A DNA stretch of 62,315 bases, counting the filler, from Circinaria calcarea (lineage: Eukaryota), in NCBI GenBank assembly GCA_051942165.1. It is 4 parts of 4 records of this genome, joined end to end, with 100 filler letters (N's around TTAATTAATTAA, not from the genome) between each part and the next. Parts side by side here need not be neighbours in the genome. Positions count along the whole stretch, not along the records: positions 1 to 15,542 come from JAVECS010000361.1; positions 15,643 to 31,163 come from JAVECS010000362.1; 2 more parts are not named here. One strand, written 5' to 3'. Below, in pieces: positions 13,328-25,646 of the stretch. Each line of letters opens with the position of its first letter. The stretch's first letter is position 1. A program made the position numbers and the translations under genes. The notes under the pieces were generated by a model. The model made no database searches. It was not told where the DNA came from and worked only from the letters and a program-made list of their open reading frames with translations.

Positions 13328-14128
13328 CTATTTTCCAAAACCCGGTGATATTGATGTGGTCCTTTCTATCTGAGGCTTTTCCTCTGAAACCCTTCTGAGC
13401 GCATCCACGCACTGCTCGGGTGTGCTTCTTAGCATCATCATGTCTTTTGCTTCTGTCCTTAGAAACCCTCGCTCAATAGTTCCATCCACCCATCCTGAAA
13501 TCCCATCCCAAAATCCATCCACGTTGCAGAGGACCATATCTCTCCTATGCACACCCATCTGTCGAGCAGTTATGACCTCCATAATCTCATCCAAACTCCC
13601 GAAGCCGCCACTTAGAGCAATAAATCCGGAATTGGGCCCGGCGGTAGCGATGATCTCAATCATGAGAGCTTTTCGAGCTGCGAGGCTCTCCGTTACCGTC
13701 GTAAGACCGTAAATATTCTCGTTAAGTAATGAGGACTTTGTAGTGTCGGTTGAAGGTAGAGGGCTCGTTTGTTGAGCTACGCAGCATTTGCCAGCGCGCA
13801 CAGAGGTCGAAATCCTATTGAACCATCCCTGGCCATCAACCTTTCCATTTCGTGATATATCCTTGTCCACTTTCCGTTCTGATCCTACCAACGCGCCAGG
13901 CATGATTCCCATGACAGTCTCCTTTCCGCCTAGCCGTACGCGTTCTTTGGCGAGTTCGCCCATCAAGCCGGAAGTACCGCCGCCATATATCAGAAGTATG
14001 TTACGCTCGTGGAGGACTTGAGCCAGCGAGCGGGCGGATTCTAGGTGGAGAGGTGAGTGTCCTGACAGAGTGCTTGCAAAGACGCAGATTTTTGTAGGCG
14101 GACTTGAGAGCACATTTGGAGAAGCCAT
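13328..14128 (-). CDS. LOG family (lysine decarboxylase-like) nucleotide phosphoribohydrolase
   Basis: KICVFAS, LIYGGGTSGLMG, ARKALM, FIALSGGFGSLDEIME, NVDGFWD; ATG at 14128. Confidence 0.85.
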   Translation of the reverse strand: MASPNVLSSPPTKICVFASTLSGHSPLHLESARSLAQVLHERNILLIYGGGTSGLMGELAKERVRLGGKETVMGIMPGALVGSERKVDKDISRNGKVDGQGWFNRISTSVRAGKCCVAQQTSPLPSTDTTKSSLLNENIYGLTTVTESLAARKALMIEIIATAGPNSGFIALSGGFGSLDEIMEVITARQMGVHRRDMVLCNVDGFWDGISGWVDGTIERGFLRTEAKDMMMLRSTPEQCVDALRRVSEEKPQIERTTSISPGFGK

Positions 14129-14800
14129 TCCGAGGAACAGGCAATCAGTCGAGACTCTAGTTCTAGCAAGGACGGAAACAAGAAAGAAGACTGAACAGAT
14201 AGGAGTAGATGCTGGCAAGCTGATATTTATACCACCAAATCAGTCGCGGGCACTTTGTGTTAGAATTCAGCGTATGAGAGCACAGCCTAGACACTTCGGA
14301 AGTAGATAAGGGGTTGCACGGATAGGCAGCAGCAACAACCCAGCTCATATTCTGGTGTAAGACAGTCAATCCTTCAGCATCATTGTACTGCGTTGTCACA
14401 GAATCTGTCCCTTTGGCATTGATTGCTGTACTTAGTTGACTCGAATGGGGATCGAAGGGTAAACTACGGGAAGCCGAAATTTATATGGGGCTCCATGCAG
14501 TCATATAGAGCTTAGGATTGAACCAGCTCAGACCCTTGTAGGACTTAGATAGTTACTATTTGAAAGTTGACATTACCATAGCATACAATTTGTTTGAACC
14601 CTTGCTGACTGTGATAATAGTATAGAGTTGGTTGAGTATTCGCTGACAATGTCAAGAGTCTAAACCTTTACACGCTTTGTATCCTAGACAAAAGACATAG
14701 ATCCTAGGTATCCCGTAGGATGAGCCAATCCTCGGTCCGCAACATGACCGGTCCATACATGAAAAGCCTGTACATCTAAGAGAACATTCACGCTATAAAA

Positions 14801-15542
14801 CTAGAAATCACGAAACGCATCATCATACTTCTCCGCCATCTCTGCTGTATATATGCTTTTGCTTTCCGGTGCCGCATCATAGTCATCGAAATTGCTGGCA
14901 TCAGCTGCATGACGCAGAGGAGGGATGAAGGGTGCTTCCACTCGACGTTGATATAATTCGTCCCAGTTGATGCCACGGAACCAAGGATGAGACTTGACTC
15001 GGGAAGCACCACCGGATATATTACCGAGTCGGTCGGAGGGGTTTACGGTACATAGACCGCTAATCAAATCAATGGCGTCTTCGCTCATGCCATGAGGCCA
15101 GCGAATTTTGCCTTCCACGATCCTAGAATATAAGTTAACATTTGATCAAAAGGGCTTCGAGGCGTGACAACGTACATTCCGTATATTTTGAGGGGGTTTT
15201 GGTCCCAGAAAGGAGGTTGACCAACGAGAAATTCATAAACTAGGATACCGAATGCCCACCAGTCGACCGCGGTACCGTGACCTTTTGAGCAGATTAAAGT
15301 CAGAGTCTGGTAGGAGCAACGAAAAGGTGGGGATAAGCCCAAGTGTACCTGTATTCCTGATAACCTCGGGAGCCAGATACTCCGGTGTACCACATAAAGT
15401 GTATGTTTCCGCTGTACAACATATTCAGCGCTGCCCTTTTCTCACAGGCGTTGTTGACGCTTGTCAAGGACCTACTTTTCCCAATGAACTTTGCAAAACC
15501 AAAATCGACCAGCTTTAGATGCCCCTGTGCGTCTATCAGGAT
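14801..15542 (-). CDS. cAMP-dependent protein kinase catalytic subunit, 3' part (truncated by contig edge)
   Basis: Spliced: GHLKLVDFGFAK, TYTLCGTPEYLAPEVI, GHGTAVDWWAFGIL, AGC tail DASNFDDY; ends FRDF. Confidence 0.9.
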
Positions 15543-15642
15543 NNNNNNNNNNNNNNNNNNNNNNNNNNNNNNNNNNNNNNNNNNNNTTAATTAATTAANN
15601 NNNNNNNNNNNNNNNNNNNNNNNNNNNNNNNNNNNNNNNNNN
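15543..15642. other. Artificial contig linker
   Basis: N44-TTAATTAATTAA-N44 (stops in all six frames). Confidence 0.99.
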
Positions 15643-18600
15643 GACAAAGCATTCCAGTCGTTCCCGGACCCTTCTCCATCAATACCGAATGCGCCTGAAG
15701 CCCTTGAACCTCATCCACTGATGCCATTCTTGCGTTCCCGCATTGAGAAATACGGTACATTCGGGGTCTCGCATACAAGAGTACCTACCGAATCCCGGCC
15801 TGGGCATGTGGCCTTGATCGCTGGCTTATACGAAGATGTTTCAGCAGTCACCACCGGTTGGAAGCTCAATCCTGTCAATTTTGACAGCGTTTTTAATCGA
15901 AGTAGGCACACGTGGAGCTGGGGAAGCCCCGACATATTGCCAATGTTCAAGGAAGGCGCGGTGCCAGGGAGAGTAGATGCTGAGGTGTATGAAGAGGAAG
16001 CGGAGGACTACACGCAGGGTGGGAACATATGACCCCCGAGGAGGACCACGAAAGGCTGATCTCGAACAGATGCCACAAAGTTGGACACTTGGGTGTTTGA
16101 TAGAGTGCAAGGAATGTTCAACGCTGCAGCTGACAATTCGACCCTCGACATAGCCCTGCGTCAGGATAAAAATGTGTTTTTTCTGCATCTACTCGGTTTA
16201 GATACAACTGGGCACAGTTATCGACCCTATTCGAAGGAATACCTCCATAACATAAAGATTGTGGACCAGGGTGTCGAGCACATAACGAGACTAATCGAGG
16301 ATTTCTATGGCGACAATGAAACAGCATTTGTGTTCACGGCCGACCATGGAATGAGTGATTGGGGTAGCCACGGAGACGGGCATCCCGACAACACGAGAAC
16401 TCCATTGATAGCCTGGGGATCAGGGGTTAAGAAGCCGATAATACATACCCAAGGGAAAGCTCCAGGGCATGAGGATGGCTTCTCAGCAGATTGGGGGCTC
16501 GATCAGGTTGCAAGGCATGACGTTGCACAAGCAGACATTGCAGCTCTTATGGCCTACTTAGTGGGACTCGAGTTCCCAGTTAACTCTGTCGGCGAACTTC
16601 CGCTTCCTTATGTCGATGGCGGGCCGGCAGAACAAGCAGAAGCTGCTTTTGTAAACGCCCAGGGTATTCTGGAGATGTACCGAGTTAAAGAGGAGCACAA
16701 GAGGCTAACGGAGCTAAGATACAAACCTTTTGCTGCTTTCGGTACCAATGGAGGTTCAGTACAGGAAAGATTCTCCAAAATCCGCCAATTGATCGAGGAG
16801 GGGAAGTATGAGACATCCATTGAAGAGAGCCGTAAGCTACTGCAATTGGGCCTCAGCGGATTACGCTATCTCCAGACATACGACTGGCTATTTCTGAGGG
16901 CACTTGTAACACTGGGGTATCTTGGATGGATTGCTTTCGCGCTTACAACTGTTATTGACTTGCACGTTCTAGACGGGGAAACTGCTACATCCAGGACTGG
17001 CTCCACCAACGCCGTTTTCGGTACTACTCTGATTGCAATATACTCACTCTTAGTGATCCGTAAATCACCGTGGACTTATTATGCTTATGCCTTCTTTCCC
17101 GTTTTCTTTTGGGAAGAGGTTTTCGCTCGGCGACGCGCTCTATACGCTGGTGGGACTGCGTTGCTAGACCATATAAGGTCAAGGCAAGACCTCCTCATAT
17201 TTGGAATCAAGACCTTATCTTCGATAGGCCTACTAGAAGTACTTGTAAGTCCCGAGGAGCCCTTCCGTTGGTAATTCTGACTTGTTGATCTTGCCAAAAG
17301 GTATTATCATATTTCTATCGAGAGGTTTATACCCTTTGTTTCATTGCCGCTGCCCTTTGGCCTGCAATTTATGGACACGAGTTTTACATGTACAACAGAT
17401 TATTAATTGCCACATGGTCGATTGCATGTGTATCGATGAGTGTTTTCACTATGCTCCCCGTCATCAAGGTAGAGAGCATTACTGTAATGTGAGTTCCCTT
17501 TCCTTTGGGATTGTGCACCAGCTACAATACCTTGCAACTCTCGAAGTCTGTTGATCACTCCATCATATTGGGAGGCACGTGGCTAACGAGCATTTGACGA
17601 GTTAGATTAATTGGGGGTTTTTTGATGTTTAGTGTTGGCCTGCTTTATCTTCTGTTTGAGAAGAGCATCCTTTCGGCGTCAGACAGTGGTCATAGGGGGT
17701 CACCCCCAGCCGACAATTTATCCCGCAAGGTATTAGGCGTACAAGTTGGACAAATAGTGCTTGCCATGATCGTGACGCGTTCCAGCATTCTCTCTTTGCA
17801 AGCAAAGCGCGGTCTACCGTTGGGAAATCAGGTTGTTGCTTGGATAGTACTCCGTAGGCTTTCAGATTCCCAGAGGCTAAATTCTGCTTGCTGACATGTT
17901 CAAGTCACCTCACTGTCGATACCGTTCCTCCATAGCTTGCAACGAAACAGTCATTACCTGCACCGCCTTGTAATCATCTTTCTGACGTTCTCGCCGGTCT
18001 TCATAATCCTTACAATATCCTATGAAGGCCTCTTCTACTTTACATTCTGTGTCACCCTTGTAACGTGGGTCCGCCTTGAACACCATATATACACATACAA
18101 CACCAACCAGCAGGCTTCGCCTTCTTCACCAACGCCCACACCGAAGCCGCTTGCCTCGGCGATCTCATCCATTTCGACGCAATTATCATCTTTGAACGAG
18201 GGCGATGATGGGCGACAATACCGCCGGCTCAATCTGTCCGACGTCCGCATATCCCTCTTCTTTCTCTTCCTCCTGCAATCGGCCTTCTTCTCGACCGGCA
18301 ACATTGCTTCCGTATCTTCCTTCTCCTTGGACAGCGTTTATCGGCTAATCCCCGTCTTCGATCCATTTTCACAAGGGGCCCTTCTGGTCCTCAAGCTCAT
18401 GATCCCGTTCGCAGTTATCTCGGCCAATTTGGGGATACTCAACCGGCGGATCGGCGTTCCACCCTCGAGCCTTTTCATGGTCGTCATGGCCGTTAGCGAC
18501 GTGCTGACACTTAACTTCTTCTGGATGGTGCGGGACGAGGGGAGTTGGCTGGACATTGGTACGACCATCAGTCACTTCGTCATTGCAAGTCTGCTATGCG

Positions 18601-18755
18601 TGTTCGTGGCAATCTTGGAGTTCCTGAGCGAGGTGTTTGTCAGCGGAGTGGATGTGGGGGATGAGCGACGGCCGGGGAAGGGCGCCAATGGGACCGCTGC
18701 CGCAGCGGGCGGCAGGCTGGCGAAGGATGGAGCGAAGGAGAACGGCAAACTGTAG
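15643..18755 (+). CDS. MCD4: GPI ethanolamine phosphate transferase 1, 5'-truncated, multi-exon
   Basis: [59 protein letters not shown]; PigN membrane domain with [15 protein letters not shown]. Confidence 0.96.
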
Positions 18756-19126
18756 AAGATAGGCTGTATAGAAATCGGATCGACATTGCCGCATCTCGTG
18801 CTTGACACAGTCCCTGAAGGCCCGTAGGTGATGTGAGCAGCCGGGTGCCGGATGTTTCATGTTCTGGGCCACATTTAATGGGGACCCTTGATTTCACACA
18901 TGGCCCGGGCGAACCCCCAACCCCACGCCGACCCGGGAATTGATTAAGTTCCGGGGTGGACAGGGATCATTGAGATCATTGGCATGTCACAATTCACTTC
19001 GCCTAACCAGAAGGAGAACCATCACCAGGTGTATTGAGTTGACCGACACGCTCTTTTTTTCCCGCCAACACTTGCAGCAGTACCCTTCATACACAGCTCG
19101 CTCCCATGTAATCGAGTTCAATGATA

Positions 19127-22100
19127 ATGGCAGCGACTCCTTCGCAAAACGGCACGGGAGCCTCAGCGTCAAGTAACCCGGCACCCAATTCGCAAACGCC
19201 TGGTCATCCATCATTCCGGAGGTAACGTATAGACCTCGGGCGAGGACGCGAAAGATTTGATGAACCAGTTGCTGATGCGAATATGATCCTACAGGCAACG
19301 CGCATCGAGAGCGTGTGAGGTACGTGTGGTCAAACATCTTTATTCGAGAAGGTGGAATATCCATAGATTAATCCCTCCACCAACCTCGGCACCTCGGTCA
19401 CTGCACTGGCTAACCACTCCCTCTCTTCGCAGACGTGCCATTCACGAAAGGTCGGTTCTGCCAACCAGGAGCCGCTTGAAGAAGTGCCTCGTCTGGCGTC
19501 TGGCGAATGGTGATTGATCAACTGTACGCAGGTTCGATGCGACGCCGCAAGTTTAGGCGTGCCATGCACCAACTGTGTGGCTTTCTCCATCGAGTGCAAG
19601 ATTCCCGCACCAAAGCGCAAGAAAACCCAAGGGAAAGCGAAAGATTCGGATAGGTAAAGTTCTTTTGCCCTACGTCGTCCGGCAATAGTTGCTTCAAACG
19701 AAGATTAACACGTTATAGTGACTCCGTCCCTGCGCAATCACCTTCAGCAGAGTTACCTTTAGCTTTCAGCGCTGCCCGAGGGAATACTGCGTACAATACT
19801 CAGGATGGAATACCGGAAACCTCATTGTCGAACGCTCAGGCCACGGTACAGGCCCATACCAACACCCACTATGCCCAATTCATGAAACCAAAATTCGCAA
19901 GAGCTCCGATCACGGAAGCTGGAAGAGTCGCATACCTAGGAGAGTCTTCGAACCTGTCGCTGCTGGTCCATGATCGGCACGGCACGACCGATGTTGTGCA
20001 TTATCCTTTGCCGGACACGGTCAAGGGGTCAAGAGCCAGGCTGACGGAGTTGGACGACATCGAAATTGATATATTGCATCGGAGAGGGGCATTTCTTCTA
20101 CCTCCACGCGCTTTGTGTGATGAGTTGGTGGATTCATTTTTCAAATGGGTTGCGCCGGTGGTGCCCGTTATCAATCGGAGTCGATTCATGCAGCGATATC
20201 GAGACAATAAGAATCCGCCTTCTTTGCTCTTACTCCAGGCTATTTTACTTGCTGGATCCAGGGTCTGCTGTAACCCGCAACTAATGGACGCGAATGGATC
20301 AACCACACCTGCAGCAATCACCTTCTACAAGCGAGCGAAAGCACTTTACGACGCCAATTATGAAGACGATCGAGTTACCATTGTTCAGGCTTTGGTATTA
20401 ATGGGTTGGTACTGGGAAGGGCCTGAAGGCGAGTGCAAGGAAGTGCCAACTTGGTAAACGCACGCTCTCTAATGCCGCAGTAGATGTTACGAAGAACGTG
20501 TTTTACTGGAGTAGAGTCGCCACCATTGTTGCGCAGGGTTCAGGAATGCACAGAAGGTGATCTTTCCACTACACACCATTTTCTTGGTCTAGATTGACGT
20601 TAGGTAGTGTTGAGGGCTCACAGTTGAGTCGGCCTGATAAACGTTTATGGAAACGGATATGGTGGACTCTATTCACCCGGGACCGATCCGTAGCTGTTGC
20701 ACTTGGACGTCCAGTCCATATAAATACCGACGATTCGGATGTGGAGATGATCTGCGAAGACGATTTTATTGAGGACGACTTAGATCAGCCAGCAGAGTTC
20801 GCACCTGACCCGATTCATGTACAGTTCTTCCTTCAATATGTACGACTATGCGAGATCATGGGTTTGGTCCTTTCCCAACAATATTCTGTTGCTTCCAAAG
20901 CAAGGCGGCAAAACGCTATCGACCTTACACACAGTGATATGGCTTTGGCCGACTGGTTGCAGAATTGTCCCAAGGAAGTATATTGGGAGAAGCCAAGACA
21001 TCACTTCTGGGCTGCCCTGTTACACTCGAATTACTAGTGAGTCTGATGGAGAATCAGATCGAGGTTGAAACTGACCATTACGCAGCACAACGCTGTGCCT
21101 ACTCCATAGAGCTCATATGCCACCAGCAACCTCCCAAAGTAACGGTCAAGCAAATGGATACCCTGACGATGCCGCATATCCATCGCGTAGAATTGCATTC
21201 CAAGCTGCGGGCATGATCACGTCAATCGTTGAGAATCTTCAACTGCACGACGAGCTGCGGTTTACTCCTGCATTTATGTGTGTATCATTTACCATACTAT
21301 GTAATGTTCATGCTAATACAATTACTAGTGTGTATAGCCTCTTCTCTGCATTGATAATGCATGTGTATCAAATGAGGTCATCAATTCAGTCTATTGTCGA
21401 AGCGACACAAGACCGCATGCAAGTTTGTATGAATGCCCTAAAGGAGGTATCCAAGGTTTGGCTAGTTGCCAAGATGGTCCATACGCTGTTTGAATCAATT
21501 CTTGGCAACAAAGTGCTTGAGGAGAGACTACAAAAGGCACCTGGAAGGCGACATAAGAAGCAACGAACGGACCGTCAGCCACCTCCGCAGGATGAGCAGC
21601 AGAGGCGCCGCTATGATGACCTAGAATTGAGCTTTGCTAATGGACCTCCTGCACCACAAGTATCATACGAACGTTCTCGGCCCCAAACTCCAGCAATCAC
21701 TCCGTCGGGGGACCTTGGCCAAGCAATGCTCGGAGGGTCAATGGCTGCACCTTCGACGGTATCTCCAATTATGCGTCAGACCCACGACGCATTCTTAGGT
21801 GCCAGCAGTTCTCGAAATAACACACGACCGCCAACTCCGTTCAATCCATCATACTCAGTGCCCGCTACACCTCCAGATCTCTACCTCGTTACTCGCAATT
21901 CTCCACCGATTTCACAAAATCTATGGGAGAACTTTCAGCCGGATCATCTATTTCCAGATGGAACGAATCTTGGCTTTCCTCAACATCTCCCTGTACATCA
22001 CCAGCAAAATCTTGATCCACAGCTTCAAATGGCATCTTTGACTAATCCCACAATACAGCAACATTCCATGCACGGTCAACAGCATTTACCCCAACGAACA

Positions 22101-22369
22101 GTGAATATGCAAAGCATTCCTAGTATACAGCAGTCCAACGGAGTGCCCATGTGGTCAAATTTTTCAGCTGATAGCCCCGAAGATAATTGGAGTAATAGCA
22201 GCAAGGGTCAATCGGGTCCGAGTGTGCCTGCCACTTTAAACGTGGAGGACTGGTGAGTCCCATTTTGGCATTCTAGGCAACAGCTAAGCTAATGACTCGG
22301 GTGTGCAGGTTTCAGTTTTTCGGCATGGGAAATAGCGATATGAACGGTATGAATATCGAAGCCATGTAG
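19127..22369 (+). CDS. farA: Zn2Cys6 transcription factor, cutinase transcription factor 1 alpha / FarA orthologue
   Basis: Spliced HPSFRRQRASRACETCHSRKVRCDAASLGVPCTNCVAFSIEC via micro-exons 19295-19319 and 19433-19450; fungal TF domain KRLWKRIWWTLFTRDR; C-term LNVEDWFQFFG; start could be 19121. Confidence 0.9.
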
Positions 22370-22611
22370 ATAATAGCATTGTTGGCGTTAGGAAGATATC
22401 ATGCTGGAAGTCACCGGGTGATTTTATGATAGCCATATGTATTAGCCAGTGAGACAATATTTTTATTTGTCACTTTCGCCTGCTTGACTTTCGTCATATT
22501 TGCTTGGAAACCCATGCCTGCTCATATATCCGCTATAAGATTTGGTCAGTGGAAACGTTTCCGGTTTGAGGCTTGAGGGAAGCCGGCAAGAAGGAGCGAC
22601 CACGCTAACCT

Positions 22612-23041
22612 TTAGCTGTCCTTTGACCCTGTCCCCGCCTCTGCCTCCTTCATTCCGTCCAGCTTCTCCTGGACCTCCTTTTTACTACACTTGAAGCTGC
22701 CGTCCTCCCACAAGTGCAGCGTGGTCAGCCGGCGCTCTCTCGGCCCCTTTTCTCCCCCGTCCCCCCCATCGTCCTCTTCCACCAACTTGTATATTGAGCA
22801 CGTAACGTGCAAGCGTTGGTCCAGGGAGCTTGAGCCGGGTCCGTGAGGTCCGCCCCTGGTGGAAGCTATCAGTATACTTTCGAGCATGAGATGGAATGGC
22901 TCAATCCGCACTTGACGTATGCCTTCAGCTGGCGTTCCGGGACAATCTCCTGCTGCAACACGTCGACGGCCTTCTCTATCTTTGGCTTCCATGGGACGAG
23001 AGAGTTCTCGCCCTTGCCTCATACGCAGAGTGCCTTAAAGG
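22612..23041 (-). pseudogene. Small three-His protein, paralogue A; in-frame TGA at conserved Trp; 5' end unresolved
   Basis: Intron 22856-22911 gives FKALCV*GKGENSL...LKAYVK/GGPHGPGSSSLDQRLHVT...HLWEDG; aligns with neighbour gene; TGA at 23019-23021. Confidence 0.6.
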
Positions 23042-23384
23042 CTTAGGGATGGTCAGTTTGTCTTTGATATTTGAGCTGTAAAGTGTCGGGCTAATTGCGC
23101 GGATCTGCAAGTCAGCATTTTTAATCATATATACAGGATAAGAGACTAAAGGCCCGGGAGCTGTATAGGGAGATTAGTATGCTGAAGGTTACCGGATTAT
23201 GTCACGATGGCATATGTGCGAAACGATGAGCGCATGAGAAGAATTCTCATCACTGTTTTGCTATTGATAGCACCTGCCAAATGCACATATAGTCTGCCGG
23301 ATACTCTAATGTCGACTATACTTTGTTAGTAAAGTATAGCCATTGTTTTTTATTCAGCGGTGACGACATGAGAGATTAACTTTC

Positions 23385-23871
23385 CTATTTGCTCTGTTCT
23401 CCTTGCCCTTCCTCCGCTTCTACCTTTTCGCCTACTCCCTCCCCCACCTCCTTCGCTCTCTTGATGGCGGCCGCCTTCCCTTCATCAAGCTTCCTTTGGA
23501 TGGTTGGCTTGGATAAATTGAGCTGTCCATTTTCGTATAGATGGCCGTTCACGAAATGCTTTCCCACCTTCCCGGTCCCCGTCGCATTCGTCTTGTGGAA
23601 GGATAAGCTCACATGGCTTACTTGATCTTTAGACGAAGACTCTGGTCCGTGGTCTCTGCCTCTGATGGTTGCCGTCAGTATACTGTTGACTCTAAAGTCT
23701 CGATTCCGACCCTTACTTTACTACAACATCTAAAGGCTCATTTTGACTGGTATACTCTTGTACTTCCGCTACGCTGGTCTCGATCACTGGGATCAGAGAA
23801 GGCGATAGCTGCGCTTTAGACTTTCCCCAACGGATTACCGCCTTAGCTTTTTCCACAATGTTAGAAGACAT
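23385..23871 (-). CDS. Small (143 aa) three-His protein, paralogue B
   Basis: ATG 23871; intron 23662-23716 (GTAAGG..CTGAC..CAG); MSSNIVEKAKAVIRWGKSK...VVVK/GRDHGPESSSKDQVSHVS...HLYENG. Confidence 0.75.
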
Positions 23872-24104
23872 TTCGCTTAATATCAGGGGCTTATATCGTG
23901 ATGGATTTGTATTTAGGGTCCACTTAGCTATTGTAATTATATTCTGCTTCTGTAGGCTGTTGTGTCAGTAAGAAATTGAGAAAGCTACATGCTCACCAGC
24001 CGATGTGATTTGATGTGAATCCAACCATGACCAAGTCGGTCATTCACGCCAGTCAACCCCTCCAGCGTCTATCCACAACCTTTACTCTCCTGTTTACGCC
24101 CATT

Positions 24105-25646
24105 ATGGGAACCGTTGTGAAGTTCATCATACGTATCTTAGGAGGCTCGAGACTGCCGTTGTTCAGAGCATCGCCACCCATACTACCTGCGGGAGACTCC
24201 CTTGAGGAAGAGCAATTCGCCTACGAGGACATACCAGATCGATACTACCCTACTTATCTTGGGGACATTTTTCACAACAGGTATCAGATACTGTTAAAAC
24301 TTGGCTATGGAACTACTTCTACAGTATGGCTAGCCCAAGATCTCATGTAAGCCATGTTGAGCCATGTAGCGAGTTCTGCTGTTGATTTGGCCTTGGCAAC
24401 AGGAGATGGAAGAAATATGTGGCAGTTAAGATCTTGACTGTTGATGCCTCGGACAAAGATGGCCAGTCGGATGAGCTGGAAGTCTTGAAACATGTGTCCA
24501 AAGCAGTTCCTCCCGACAAAACACATACAGGACTCTCTTTCTTTCGTAAAGTGATAGACTCGTTTGAAATACAGGGTCCTGGTGGAAAGCATCTCTGTAT
24601 TGTGCAGATCCCTCTACGACAAACTCTCTCAACCTTCATGAGGGAAAGGGCAAACTTGCCACTCAGTATTTACAAGTCAATCTTGGTACAAACCTTCTGG
24701 GCATTGGACTATCTGCATACAGTGTGCAATGTTGTTCATACAGGTATTTCCCCTATCTCTAATTCTAACGTGGCCGGAGCTTCTTGAGCCCTCTACCGAC
24801 TGCGAGATTACTAACCTCACTACCAGATATCAGTGGGCGAAATTTGATGTTCGAAACAAACCGCGCATATTTTGATGATCTATTGGATGCAGAACAGAGG
24901 GACCCAAGTCCACAGAAGGAAACTGGAAATCGCATCATTTATTCATCGCGCTACTCTTGTATATCAAAGCAAGGCACTTTTGGACGACTTATCCTATCAG
25001 ATTTCGGATCTGCACGAATACTAGATCCAGATAAACCCGTCGGGAAAGGGGATATACAGCCTGATGGATACCGAGCACCCGAAGTTATCTTCGGGGCTAA
25101 TTGGAGCTACAGTGTTGACATTTGGAACGTGGCTTGTCTTGTTTGTATCCTCTTTGTTATCAATAAGGACTCTTGGCTTACTCAATACAATACAATAGGT
25201 ATGGGGTTGGATTGAAGATAGCCCATTATTTATCGGTCTCGATCAATTCAATAATGAGGGATACGATCCTGAGATGCATCTAGCGGAAATCAATGCTCGT
25301 ATAGGACCTCCTCCCAAGGACTTGCTCACTCAAGCCGAGCGAAACAAGGATTCCTTCGATCAAGACGGTAAGTTAAGATTACCACAGTTGTCTAGATTCT
25401 GCTCCCCATAGCTCCATCGGCCCTGACCGTCCCTCAACAGGCAAGTGGATAGGTGATATAACCATCACCAGCGACTACACTCTCGAGACCACAGAGAAGA
25501 AGCTTGAAGGCGAAGAGAAGGAGCATTTTCTCCATTTCATGAAGGCCATGCTTCAATGGCTACCTGATGACAGACTCACCGCTCTCAGGCTGCTTGAACA
25601 TCCTTGGTTATGGCTCAACCGATCCCCAATCGTGCGTAGAAAATAG
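24105..25646 (+). CDS. SRPK-like (CMGC) Ser/Thr protein kinase, 5 exons
   Basis: RYQILLKLGYGTTSTVWLA, VAVKIL, VVHTDISGRN, LSDFGSA, YRAPEVI, DIWNVACL; ends after EHPWL. Confidence 0.88.

Noticed and set aside
15587..15598. TTAATTAATTAA palindrome recurring three times
   Set aside because: Artificial linker flanked by fixed 44-N runs
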